Assembly (NCBI GenBank): GCA_951406725.2
Contig: OX597840.1
Location: forward strand, 14,880,001-14,944,000
Source: Octopus vulgaris
Lineage: Eukaryota
DNA length: 64,000 bases
Reading direction: 5' to 3'
In this document: piece after piece, positions 39,191 to 51,205 of the stretch
How positions within the stretch are numbered: position 1 is the stretch's first letter
How the letters are laid out: each line of letters starts with the position of its first letter
Position numbers and translations under genes: made by a program
The notes under the pieces: generated by a model
The model's input: only the letters and a program-made list of their open reading frames with translations
Told to the model about the DNA's origin: nothing
The model's database searches: none

Positions 39191-39580
39191 GATCAGAAGG
39201 CGTCTTAACAATGGTACAAATGGAATCGATGGCAATATTACCATTTTCATCCCCTGGTATTTTGCCTTCGCCAAGTGCAAGGAGGGTGTGAGGAAATGCT
39301 GCTGATGTGATATTACGTCGCATATGAGCACGCATATTGGTGTGAAGTTTGAGAGTTACTTCCCTTTATTTAAAAAATATGCATTAAAATGGAAAAAATG
39401 ATGGTAAATTATTTGTAAAATCATAGACTCATCGTAGACGTGCGCTAATACCCAGAAGGGCTCGATATGAATCACAACTATAAGATACCCGGTTTTGGTT
39501 AAACTGCATCGCAAAATGTGGGAGTAGTTAGGAATCTAAATCGGAGTAGACAGACACACAACCTTTCTTTTATATATAAA

Positions 39581-40255
39581 TATTTTCGTCCTAAAAAACT
39601 TTGTATGGATTGAATGGTTACCTCTATGGAAATATATACACGCACATTATACATACATGTGTGTATAGATGAATATATAAATGCATTTAAATATCTATAT
39701 ACACTTTTGGGCGATCTTTCTGTTTGTTAGAGATAACTTTAGATCTTATTTTCGTCCTAAAAAACTTTGTATGGAGTGAATGGTTACCTCTATGGAAATA
39801 TATACACACACGTTATACATACATGCGTGCATAGATGAATATATAAATACATTTATATATCTATATACACTTTTGGGCGATCTTTGTGCTACTTAGAGAT
39901 AACTTTAGATCTTATTTTCGTCCTAAAAACTTTGTGCGGAGTGAATGGTTACGTCTATGGAAATATATACACACACATTATACATACATCTGTGTATAGA
40001 TGAATATATAAATACATTTAAATATCTATATACACTTTTGGGCGATCTTTCTGCTACTTGTATATACTTTAGATCTTATATTGTCCTAAAAAACTTTGTA
40101 TGGAGTGAAACGTTACCTCTATGGAAATATATACACACACATACATACATCTGCGTATAGATGAATATATAAATACATTTAAATATCTATATACACTTTT
40201 GGGCGATCTTTCTGCTACTTGGATATACTTTAGGTCTTATATTCATCCTAAAAAG
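39581..40255. repeat. ~165-bp minisatellite x4 inside the Helitron
   Basis: Unit starts at ~39581, 39747, 39913, 40077 and 40238. Confidence 0.9.
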
Positions 40256-40272
40256 CTTTCCTGTCACACACT

Positions 40273-40338
<66 letters not shown>

Positions 40339-40996
40339 CACACACACTCACGCACACACACACACGTTAGCTTACAATTTTATTTATATATTTGCATTTC
40401 TATGTGTGTAAAGGGGAAGTGGGAATGCAGGGTGAAAGAGTCGCTCACTACAAAAAGTGAATTACTTTCACTTTAATCGTTGCACACTGTGCGTGTGCTG
40501 TAGCCCACACTAAGAAAAGCATTTGACTTATACACCAGAATGTGAGTTTTCTCTAAATTTTGCTTAATTGGGGTTGAAATTTTAAAAACTAGACCTGGCA
40601 CGACCCGATGCATTCTACTCTTAAAAATGCTAGGTAAATTGTAATTGAAGAAATCCTATATTGTAGATTTCTATAAGAGATAAAATCTGCCTTTTATAAT
40701 AAGAGATATATAAATTAGAGAAGAACCACCTTTTATCAATTCAACAATGAAATAACAATGATATAATTAAATTATACCATATAGAAAAAAATTAAATATG
40801 CAATAAAACATATACCAATAATTAAGTAAAGTACAAAATAATAAATAAAAGGTATATAATTGGTAATATATAGATGTATATATATAATTAAGATTCAGTT
40901 GAATTAGGCATTTAAATTGAGGCACCAACCCAGTTCATTGTAGTCCACACAGCTCAAAATGTAAATAAGTTACATGGATGTCCAGGTCTCAATGCA

Positions 40997-41202
40997 TTAT
41001 GGCCATTTCAAACGGCTCCATTTAATCAATCAATGAAAAATTTACATCAATTTGAAAGAAACTGCTCTCCTCAGACGTAGATGACCATCTCCTTTAAGTT
41101 GCAAATCTATATGGTCATCTACGTCTGAAGAGAGCAGTTTCTTTTAAATTGATGTAATTTTTACATTGATCAATTAAATGGAGCCGCTCAAAATGGCCAT
41201 AA
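40997..41202. repeat. 92-bp-arm palindrome, each arm with a hammerhead-like motif (Penelope-like inverted pLTR remnant)
   Basis: Arms 40997-41088 and 41111-41202 with a 22-nt spacer; CTGA(A/G)GA-GAGC...GCTC/GTTT-(G/A)AAA-TGGCCA-TA. Confidence 0.85.
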
Positions 41203-41267
41203 GGTTGTTACTTGTTTATATCATATATATATATATATGTGTGTGTGTGTATGTATTTTTTTTATAT

Positions 41268-41298
<31 letters not shown>

Positions 41299-41364
41299 GA
41301 TAGACAGACAGACATTGATAGATAGACAGACAGACAGATTAAACAGTAAAATGACTAATGTATG

Positions 41365-41510
41365 CATGCAGATGTGTGGTCCTGTGGTTTGGGTGTTGAC
41401 CCTACAATAATATAGTTGAGAGTTCAGTTACTAGATAGGGCATCATGTCCTTGAGCAGGGTTCTTCACTTCTTGTTTCTGCAGTCTACTCACATATGAAT
41501 GTGTACCAGC
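41365..41510 (+). mobile_element. Degenerate CORE-like SINE
   Basis: gtggtcctgtggtttgggtg...gagttcagtt...tgtccttgagcaggg..cttcactt...cagtctactca. Confidence 0.5.
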
Positions 41511-41824
41511 CTAGTGTTTGTACATCCCTAGCTCTTTCTTTGTCTTTTAGCTGTCACATTTTCGATGTTCAGTTGGGTGAAGGCTGAGAGGGTGTCTGTG
41601 TCTTCTCAGGACCCTCGCAGTCCCCTAAAATAAATTGTGAAAATATGGTACAGTCTACCTCAGCTGATTCGCATGTGAATGATGTTTCAGCTATGATCAT
41701 CAAGTCTTTTCTTCATGGAGACTTAGCTGCTATTTCTAATAACTCAACTGACCATGTAGACAGAGCCTTTGGTTCTGTCTAGTTATATCACAGGAGAAGG
41801 GACTGCTGCTGCTGCTGTTGTTGT

Positions 41825-42010
41825 TAAGTCAAGGTCAGCTCTGACTGAACTGCCTTATGATCAAAGGCAATCCAGGCTTGACCATCCCATCTATTTTTCT
41901 ACTAAGATGAAACCCAGAGCTTCATTATGCAATGTGTCTCTTCCTAAGAAGATAGGGTATGATTTGAGGGGTATTTGGTTGCTATTTTCAGCAGACTGTC
42001 TGAATAGATG
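41825..42010 (+). repeat. Unclassified dispersed repeat family (gatcaaagg...gatttggctgctatttctagcag)
   Basis: Related copies at ~21945, 41690, 42775, 44445, 47325, 47495 and 51480 on +, and ~16500-16700 and 45685 on -. Confidence 0.55.
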
Positions 42011-43644
42011 ACAGATTTAGAGACAAACAGACAGACAGACACTGAAATAAAGAGAGAGAGAGAGAAGACTGTTGAGTGCATTTACAATAGAGGTGTGTGC
42101 AACTGCAGGTATTTTATGCATCTGGAGGAGATAGGAGAGGAAGGGGAGAATAATAAAGTGGTGTAAGAGGGGGGAAAGAGAAAGACGAGGTGGGAGAGAG
42201 AGAAATGTGTAGGAGAGGAGGAGGAGAGCAGAAAGACAGAGAGGAAAGGGAAGGAGGTAGAGAGAGAGAGGAGAGAATTCAGCAGTTCAAAATGGTAAAA
42301 TGACTGAATTGAATTTCCTGAGTAGGGTTGCTGCGTGGGTGGATTTGTGGGTAGCAACCTGAGGTGTGATGGCGGTGGTGGATGGGGGAAAATGTACTGA
42401 TTTAAACTTTAATACCCACAACTCACTCCCCCCATCATTTCTCCCTCCCACCCCACGTCTTTCCACTTCCCCCTCCTCCTCCTTCTCTTCCCCCCCACCA
42501 TCCCCTTTGCGGATCAGTTGTCGATCGTCGAAGAAAAAATCGAAGTAGAAGCGGCATCTGTGGTGGATGCATTTTGTGGATTAATGGAAAGGCTGATGAC
42601 TGTCTTTAGAGAACTGGGGTGGATATTGGAGATGGTACGCATACAGGGTAGATGGTTATGAGGAGGGTGGAGAGTAAAGTGGAAGGATGGAGGCAGAGGG
42701 ATTAAGAATTGTTGAGAAGTTAGTGCAGGTGATGGTGGTGATAGTGGTGGTGGTGGTGGCGGCAGTGGTTCTTGCTACCTAGTCTCAGATTAGCCTTACT
42801 CAGACACATGCTCAAAGTCAACCCAAATATGACCTTCCTGTCATCGTCCTCAGTGCAGGTAGCCCAGGACTGCATTATTCAATGTGACTTCTCTTTAAAA
42901 CTATAGGATGTGATTCAAGGAAGATCCGGCTGCTGTTTCTCGTATGTCAAGTGACTTCTACAACAATGACCACCACTTTTACAACCATCACATTAACCAC
43001 TCCTACTACCACTTCCACTACAACATCCTCATTCAACCAAATACTAACAGTAAATGCTTGAATAGTGATAAGTGAATGAATATTTAAGAAGAAGAACATA
43101 AGTTTTGTTGTGTGTTGGGAGGGTCATCATGCCAATAATAACACATTCACAGGTTCAATTCCATTTTTTGTCAATTGGTTACATATTGAACCAACTAACT
43201 AATCAATCATTTGTTTAACACAGTGGTTTTTAACCTATTCCGCCTACCCCTGAGCCCCACTGTAAGTTTCCAGAAAAATGTATGCCCCATTGGTGATAAG
43301 AAAAAGATAACTTTATTTTTAATGTATAATCACAATTATTTAATACAAAGGAACCTACTGCTGATTCTTTTATTAAATACTGAATACAAAAAAAGTACAT
43401 TACAGTTGTATATTTAAGAGATGAGGAATTAAAAAGTACATTATTGTTTAAGGGGGAAAAAAGGTGAACCACTTTAATAAGAACCTTGTGCTTGGGGACA
43501 ATGGCAGATTTCCTTGATTCGAGGAGACAATTTTGTTAGCTTCAGTCATAGCATTACAATAGTGCTATCCTGTAGCAGACGGGTCTTCACACAGTATGCT
43601 TGGCTGGAGGGATAGGTTTGGTTGGGTTGGGTAGAGGTGTAGTG

Positions 43645-43893
43645 CAGTGGTTCTCAACGCGAATCCTTAGGGGTCCATATAAGATTCTGTTGTTAAAATT
43701 TATGTGAAATAAACTGGTTTTACTTCTACAATACACAAAATATTTTAATTATTTTTTACGCAATTCTTAATGATATTTGATTATAAAAATACAATAAGAT
43801 TTTTTAAATATCAAATGGCAATGAGGGTCCACTCGAGTAAAATAGGTACCAGCGGGGTTTGAAAGCAGAAAAAAAAATGGTTGAGGACCACTG
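43645..43893. mobile_element. hAT (Charlie-like) MITE
   Basis: TIR cagtggttctcaac / gttgaggaccactg with perfect 8-bp TSD gtgtagtg. Possibly nested in an older hAT element at 43221-44027. Confidence 0.9.
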
Positions 43894-44207
43894 GTGTAGT
43901 GTGTTTGCTGTGACAAAAAGACTCTCACAAACACTGACAAAAAGAAAAATATTTGGATCCCACACCCTAGCACAATTTTCCTAAGCCCCATCAGTGGGGC
44001 ATATACCCCCACCAGTGAGAATCACTGATTTAGACATGACATATTTTTAAAAATAGCTAAATATGAAATCATACCTCCCATCTTTTGCAATGAAGAGAAG
44101 GGCATGTCTTATTTATTTTGCTTGTAATAAATAGAAGGGTTATGCCTTATTTACTATATTTGTATCTAAGGACTATTATAATCATTCAATTTTTTCCTTT
44201 ACTTTAA

Positions 44208-44423
44208 CCCTTTTGTTACCAACCCGGCTGAAACCAGCTCAGGCTCTGAGTACAAATGTCTTGTTTTCATAAGTTTGGAATTAAAATCTTCCACCAAACC
44301 TTAGTCACAATTTATGTTCCTAACACTAGCTTAATGATAAGTTATTTTACTAAATTCTTTGTTATATTTAAAGTAATTGAAAGAAACACAGAACATCTCA
44401 AAATAAATACAGTAACAAAAGGG
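44208..44423. mobile_element. piggyBac-like MITE
   Basis: TTAA|cccttttgttac ... gtaacaaaaggg|TTAA, a perfect 12-bp TIR with TTAA TSD. Confidence 0.9.
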
Positions 44424-45010
44424 TTAAGTGTGGGTTGAGTAAATTTTAACTGCTATTTCTTGTTGGTTGAAGAAGCCCTTAGAGGTTGTCCCTCTTATAT
44501 TCAACTTGTACCTTTGTTTGTGCGCATGTGTTTGGGTCAGTGTGTGTGCACATACACATGTATGTATGCATGCATGTGTGTGTGTGTGCATGTCCGAATG
44601 TATGCACACACAAGGAGACAGAGGTACACACATAAACACATGAATATGCAGAATACATACATACAAACATACATACGTGCATGCATGTATGCATGCACAC
44701 ATGCAGACACATGCATGCAAACATACATACATACATATATACATACATATGTGTATGTGGACACACACTGACCCAAACACATGCACAAACAAGCAAAAAC
44801 AATGCAGCTCGGATAATGGACAGAGTCAATGGCCATTGAAAAGTTTGCAAGACACAACGAAAAAAAAAAGTAAATGAGTGGAAACTTAACCTGTGAGTGT
44901 GTTAAATAATAAGGCACTAAAAGAGAATGACTCTCCCCAGACACAACAAAATATGCTTCAACACACAAACTCACATAAAGAATCTTGCAAACTAAATCCA
45001 AAAACAATAT

Positions 45011-45392
45011 AGGCGCAGGAGTGGCTGTGTGGTAAGTAGCTCGCTTACCAACCACATGGTTCCAGGTTCAGTCCCACTGTGTGGCACCTTGCGCAAGTGT
45101 CTTCTACTATAGCTTCGGGCTGACCAAAGCCTTGTGAGTGGATTTGGTAGATGGAAACTGAAAGAAGCCCGTCGTATATAGGTATATATGCATGAGTGTG
45201 TGTGTGTTTGTCCCCCAACATCGCTTGACAACGATGCTGGTGTATTTACATCCCCGTAACTTAGCAGTTCAGCAAAAGAGACCAATAGAATTAGTACTAG
45301 GCTTACAAAGAATAAGTCCTGGAGTTGATTTCTTTGACTGAAGGTGGTGCTCCAGCATGGCCACAGTGAAATAACTGAAACAAGTAAAAGAG
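45011..45392 (+). mobile_element. SINE family A, full length
   Basis: A box tggctgtgtgg, B box ggttcagtccc, tail gaaacaagtaaaagag. Confidence 0.92.
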
Positions 45393-45431
45393 TATTATAT
45401 ATATGTAAGCAAAAATGCTAGTTCTAAAATT

Positions 45432-45980
45432 TCTCTGAGAGATCAGCACACTAGTTGTACTAACAAGCAATGCTCGTAGCCACTTCAACATAGCTGCCCA
45501 TTTGAACAGACTTTGCTATGATTTTTTAACCCCAAGAGGACATCTCCTGTAGCTGGTTAATGATGGACAGCTGCATCTGCAATATTGCAGGCAGGGGAGC
45601 AAACCCCCACCACCTTTTAGCAACGGGACTATCAGACCAGCTTGGTTTCGGGCTATTTCTGCTTCCCTTCAATACTGGACACCTCATCTGCTAGAAATAG
45701 CAGTAGCTTGCCTTTGTTCTCAATATATATAATTTCAAGTGACACACACAGTCTCTGAGATCAATGCAGTAGTTGTACTACCAAGTAATGTTTGTAGCCA
45801 CTTCAGTATGGCTGGCCCCATCGCTAGAAAGGAGTTGGGGTCACTCCCTTGCTTACAATATCTCGGATACCGCTGTGCATCATTAACCAGCTTGAGGAGA
45901 TGTTCTCTTGGCGTTAAGAAATCGCAGTAAAGTCCATTTGAACAGACAGCCATTGTCGAAGTGGCTATGAATATTACTTA
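45432..45980. mobile_element. Two opposite-orientation copies of a MITE-like element
   Basis: 45500-45610 is inverted relative to 45835-45945; TIR-like aagtaatg..tagccacttc / gaagtggctatgaatattactt. Confidence 0.6.
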
Positions 45981-46154
45981 TATATATATATGTATGTATG
46001 CATGTATGTATATGTATGTATACACACATAGACAAACACATACGCACACACATGCATAAAATCTCCTGCAAAGTTACAAAACTATCTGAAGGGCTTTGTT
46101 TCTTTTTTGCATTATATATATATATCATTTGTTCAATATTATTTAGATAATAAT

Positions 46155-46299
46155 TATATACATATTTATATCTATCTATTTATATATATATTTATATATA
46201 TATATAAATTTATATATATATATATATATATAGATGTATATATATACATAAATATATATATAAATTTATATATATACATATATATATATATATATAATT

Positions 46300-46330
<31 letters not shown>

Positions 46331-46369
46331 TATAGATATATAGATATATATATACATATATATATATAA

Positions 46370-46466
<97 letters not shown>
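46155..46466. repeat. Long (TA)n microsatellite
   Basis: Direct inspection. Confidence 0.95.
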
Positions 46467-46467
<1 letters not shown>

Positions 46468-47849
46468 CGTGCATAACTTTCCAAACCAGACGTGATGAGA
46501 TGAGACGGATTCTTACATGGCTAACTCCATCAGTACAACAAGAACATTGCGTTGTGATGATCAAGATGATATTCATCATCATCATCATCATAACTAACCC
46601 TCAAATCTAACCTGTGCTAACCGAATTTAGTCAGAATATATTTTCCGTGGTTCTTCACATTGAACTCCATGACCCTTCACCAATAATCAGGAGATGTCAG
46701 TTCTTCTATTGGACAGACTCTGCCAACACCACCACAAACCCCAAACCCCATCTCTCTTTGTTTTTATTCACCACAAAAACCTTGGTTTAGTTTTGAGTAG
46801 TTAGTGTAATGATGGTGGTGGTGGTGGTGGTGGTAGTGGTTTATATTTATGAATAATTGCATTACAGACTTAAAGCAGTATCTTCAAGTGTTGAGTTTGC
46901 CATGAGATAAGAAAGTTTTGGACAAGAGAGTAAGTGGGGAGGGGGGGAGAGGAAGGAGACAGGGAAGCAGTAAAGAAAAGAAAGTGGAAGAGAAATAGAG
47001 AGAAAGAGAGAGAGAGAGAGAGAGGGGAAAGGACTGGCAGAGCACCAAGGAGGAAGTAAGTTGTTTGAGGTTTTCATGAAGAACACGTAATGTCTAGAAT
47101 ATTCTTTGTGAACAGAATGGTTAAGTGGTATGTGAGGGAATGGTTCACTGTGTGACTGTGGGGGGGACACACCAGTCTCATCACGGAGTCGGAAATGGTT
47201 CTACAGGGTGGTTTAATCAATTGGCATTAATCAAGATTATCATTGATCTTACATTCATGGCAGTGGTGGTGGTGGAGGCAGTTGTCAACGTCATCATCAT
47301 CATCATTATTGTTGTTACTATTGTTTAGCCCTGAATCAACAGTGATCAAACAAATCAGATCCAGCCATGACCTTCTGTCTGGACAGAAAATATAGACACA
47401 CATTATTCACTGTTTTAATTTCTTAAAACAGTAGTATGTAATTTAATAGAGATTTGGCTGCTACTTCCAGTGAGTGGAGTGACCACGTTGTTATTTAACC
47501 CTAGGTCTTCACTGAGTAGATCTATGATTAAAGGGATACAATTTAGGACCACCCCATTCTATTTTTTTTTCTAAGATATTGCATTATCCAGGACTGCATA
47601 AGTTCATCTAATATTCTTTTAATTTTTCAAGATGTCTGAATATAATTTAAGAGAGATTTAGTTGCTATTTCTAGCAGGTGAAAAATTACACACAAACACA
47701 CACACACACACACACACGCATGCACACAGAGTATTGTTGAAGGTGCTGTTTATCCATGTTCCAGTGCTGAAATCGGTAGAACTTCACTCCTATGGCGCAA
47801 GTTATAGTACATTTAACTATACACATAAGATATATGTATATATACATAT

Positions 47850-48402
47850 ATAGCCTAACTGAGTATCCTGTCATTGCCAGGTAATTTTCAAAATAGAATG
47901 CCTTGGTAGACTTTCTGAATAGCACATCCACATATGTTGAATTTTCTCCAGTTTGACCGGGATTGCTTTTTGAAAATTTATGAATGTCCTACCCACCCCA
48001 TTTCCAGATCGATTTTGCCCAAATCTTTTTTTTTGTCTGTACTACACATTTAAAAACAATGGAAAATGCTTTTCAGTAGTAAAAAATAATCTTCAAAAAT
48101 TTATGAATATTTGTTGACCATCTTCCCAACTCAGGACCGATTTTGGCCAATGTTTTTTTTTCACATTATGCATTTAAAACCATGGGAGAAGCCTTGAAGG
48201 TTAAATAAAATATAAATTTTGGAAATCTGCAATTGCCATTACAATCCCCAATACTTTATTTTCATCACAAAATGAAATGCAATTTAAAGACGAGTGAAAT
48301 TTTTAAAAAAATTTTCATAATGAAACTCTTTACACACAAGCATACACACACACTGACAAACACACACACACAGTGTGAGCCATATACTTTTATACAGAGA
48401 GA
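47850..48402 (-). mobile_element. Possible degenerate non-autonomous Helitron
   Basis: Hairpin cctgtcattgccagg near the left end; minus-strand 5' end tctctctgtataaaag. Confidence 0.45.
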
Positions 48403-48478
48403 GAAAGTTTACAATGAGAAGATGAAAGAGATAGACATATATATATATATATATCTACGTACATATATATATATGTAC

Positions 48479-48554
<76 letters not shown>

Positions 48555-48566
48555 ATATATATATAT

Positions 48567-48832
48567 GGTGTTTGTAAGCCATTTAAGAAACACACAAGAG
48601 CAGCACACAAGAAACACACATCTCCATGCAGCACAGATTTTTGTCAGTGAACATGTCGCGGTCTTAAAGCGACGAAAATATTTTGACAAATTAAATTTAA
48701 ATGTTGAAGTGAATCGAATGGCTCTTGTTTGTTTCTTAAATGGCTTACAAACACCTTCCACGCTGCAATTGTTTTCGTTTCAGCACACAATCTCAGATCA
48801 AATTACTTGCTACGCGAGTACATCTCCGTAAT
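48567..48832 (+). mobile_element. Hammerhead-bearing repeat with a short inverted arm (Penelope-like or retrozyme-like)
   Basis: 48567-48600 is inverted relative to 48722-48755. The body is shared with 49480-49627. Confidence 0.7.
48640..48690 (+). ncRNA. Variant type I hammerhead ribozyme motif (G3:C8 core)
   Basis: Stem I tttgtca/tgacaaa, core GTGAACA, extra T, stem II GTCGC/GCGAC, GAAA, palindromic stem III AATATT, then T. Confidence 0.7.
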
Positions 48833-49219
48833 ATATATATATATATATAAATAAAAATGTAATTTAAATTCAGTTGAATTAGGTACTTAAATTGAGGCAC
48901 CTTGTTAGGACAAACTGATTTGCACACACAGACAATACTGGGTGAGTATCAAACTCTACATAGATATTCTGATATTCATGCAGATGGCACGATCCAACTT
49001 AGTGATGTAAATACTCCAAAACCGGTTGTCTAGTGGAGGCTGATGAGGACAAACAAAGACACAAAGACAAACACATACACATCTATTATAGAAATGCAAG
49101 TGTATGTGGTTATGTATGTGTGTTTAATCCGGACAGGCTCTCAAATGGTGCATCTTGAAAAAAAATGATTTTCAGATTCTGCATCCAAACAAGAATGTCA
49201 TCCATAAATAATAACAAAA

Positions 49220-49627
49220 AGTTTAATTTGTCAAAATCCGCGACCTGTTCACTGACAAAAATCCGTGCTGCATCTGAGAAAGTAACAGTTAGATCGTCAT
49301 ATATATGTATGTGTGTATGTATGTATACATGTGTGTATGTATGTACGTATGCATGTACATACAACGTACATGTACGTATGCATGTATGTACATACGTACA
49401 TACATACATACACACATGTATACATACATACACACATACATATGTACATATATATGACGAACTAACTGTTACTTTCTCAGATGCAGCACGGATTTTTGTC
49501 AGTGAACAGGTCACGGATTTTAGCGACGAAAATATTTTGACAAATTAAACTTAAATGTTGAAGTGAATCGAATGGCTTTTGTGTGTTTCTTAAATGGCTT
49601 ATAAACACCTTCCACGCTGAAATTGTT
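49220..49627. mobile_element. Inverted pair of the same hammerhead-bearing repeat around a microsatellite
   Basis: 49220-49307 (minus, with an internal deletion) versus 49447-49627 (plus). Confidence 0.75.
49495..49544 (+). ncRNA. Variant type I hammerhead ribozyme motif (G3:C8 core), second copy
   Basis: tttgtca-GTGAACA-g-gtcac-ggatttta-gcgac-GAAA-atatt-t-tgacaaa. Confidence 0.65.
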
Positions 49628-49677
49628 ATATATATATATATGTATATACATATACAAATATTCTATAATTATAAACA

Positions 49678-50075
49678 AGGCGCAGGAGTGGCTGTGTGGT
49701 AAGTAGCTTGCTAACCAGCCACATGGTTCCGGGTTCAGTCCCACTGCGTGGCATCTTGGGCAAGTGTCTTCTGCTATAGCCCCGGGTCGACCAATGCCTT
49801 GTGAGTGGATTTGGTAGACGGAAACTCAAAGAAGCCTGTCGTATATATATATGTGTATGTGTTTGTGTATCTGTGTTTGTCCCCTTAGCATTGCTTGACA
49901 ACCGATGCTGGTGTGTTTACGTCCCCGTCACTTAGCGGTTCAGCAAAAGAGACCGATAGAATAAGTACTAGGCTTACAAAGAATAAGTCCTGGGGTCGAT
50001 TTGCTTGACTAAAGGCGGTGCTCCAGCATGGCCGCAGTCAAATGACTGAAACAAGTAAAAAAAAAAAAAAGAGTA
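49678..50075 (+). mobile_element. SINE family A, full length and young
   Basis: CpG-intact copy with an A-rich tail. Confidence 0.92.
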
Positions 50076-50083
50076 ATTATAAT

Positions 50084-50313
50084 CAGGGTTCAGCTAATTA
50101 CTTCACCACACACCAAATTTAGAAATAGGTGTTAAAATGGCTTTTCTGCTACCATTAAGTTCTCCCAGACAGTAACACTTTTTTACATTGGCAAAAAGAG
50201 AAAATAATAAATCCACACAACTCAGATTAGCTACGTGGTTCGAGATTAGCAGAAAAGGAATTTTAACTCCTATTTCTAAATTTGATGCACGGTGAAGCCA
50301 TTAGCTGACTTGT
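50084..50313. mobile_element. MITE with ~50-bp TIRs
   Basis: tcagctaattacttcacc...aaatttagaaataggtgttaaaat versus attttaactcctatttctaaattt...ggtgaagccattagctga. Confidence 0.75.
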
Positions 50314-50509
50314 ATAATTTTACCTAAAAAGGTTATTTTAACGTACTTGGTAAAATTATTAATTAATTGATTTTACCCTTTTATTATTATTGAAATATAT
50401 ATACATATATATATATATATGTATGCATGTATGTATGCATGCATGTATGTATGTATGCATGCATGCATATTTGTATGTATGTGTGTTTGTATGTCTGCAT
50501 GTATGTATG

Positions 50510-50700
50510 TGTCTTTGTGTTTTTCCCCCAACACTAATTGACAACTGGTGTTGGTTTGTTTACATACCCATAACTTGGCAATTTGGCCAAAAGAGGCTGA
50601 TAGTACAAGTAGTACTGGATTCAGTTTGTTTGACCACACCCTTCAAGGCAGTGCCACAGCATGACCACAGTCTAATGTCTGAAACAAGTAAAGTATAAAA
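50510..50700 (+). mobile_element. SINE family A, 3' part
   Basis: ttgacaactggtgttgg...cagcatgaccacagtctaatgtctgaaacaagtaaa. Confidence 0.7.
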
Positions 50701-51049
50701 GACTTTACCACTGTAAGGAATCTTTACCATTGCTGCTATTGCTGTTGTTGTTGTTATCTCTAATCTCCAATAATGATGTCAGGTCACCTTGCTGTTATCT
50801 CTCTCCATGATGTGGTTTCTCAACATGTCAGAGGGTATATTACTCCACTCTTATTTCCTGTACATGTTCATATCATTTATTTGAGGCTGGTGTCCTGATA
50901 ACACTTTCTGAATTGCCAATCTAAATGGTCAGAACCATGCTTGTGTTTAACGAATTTAATACAGTCAGCATCATAAAGTTAATGCGAAATAAATATGCAG
51001 CAGATAAAATAAATGATATCAATATCTAACATGTGTATGTGAGAATGAC

Positions 51050-51205
51050 TGGTTTCTATTTAGTTTCTGTTTATCAGTTCCACTTTCAAAGTATTAGTCA
51101 TTCTGAAGCTATAATAAAAGACCTTACCCCAGCTGCCACACATCAGGAATGAACCTAGAAACCAACAGTCGCGAAGTAAACCCCCTGGACCACACAGCCA
51201 TGCCT
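51050..51205 (-). mobile_element. SINE family A, 5' part, old
   Basis: Ends accacacagccatgcct (reverse of the A-box head). Confidence 0.55.

Larger units (their letters stand above)
38737..40706 (-). mobile_element. Composite non-autonomous Helitron
   Basis: 3' end on the minus strand: hairpin cccgagcaacgccggg then CTAG|T. Outer 5' end A|TCTCTTATTATAAAAG at 40706. Second 5'-like end tttatatataaaag at 39580. Confidence 0.8.

Noticed and set aside
39581-40255. Repeat array as a possible CRISPR
   Set aside because: Eukaryotic context, whole units are repeated, and there are no spacers or cas genes.
45011-45085. tRNA-like A and B boxes
   Set aside because: SINE heads without a complete cloverleaf; no true tRNA gene identified in the window.
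49039-49060. CTGATGAGGAC motif
   Set aside because: Part of a degenerate antisense SINE A segment; no closing stem or GAAA.
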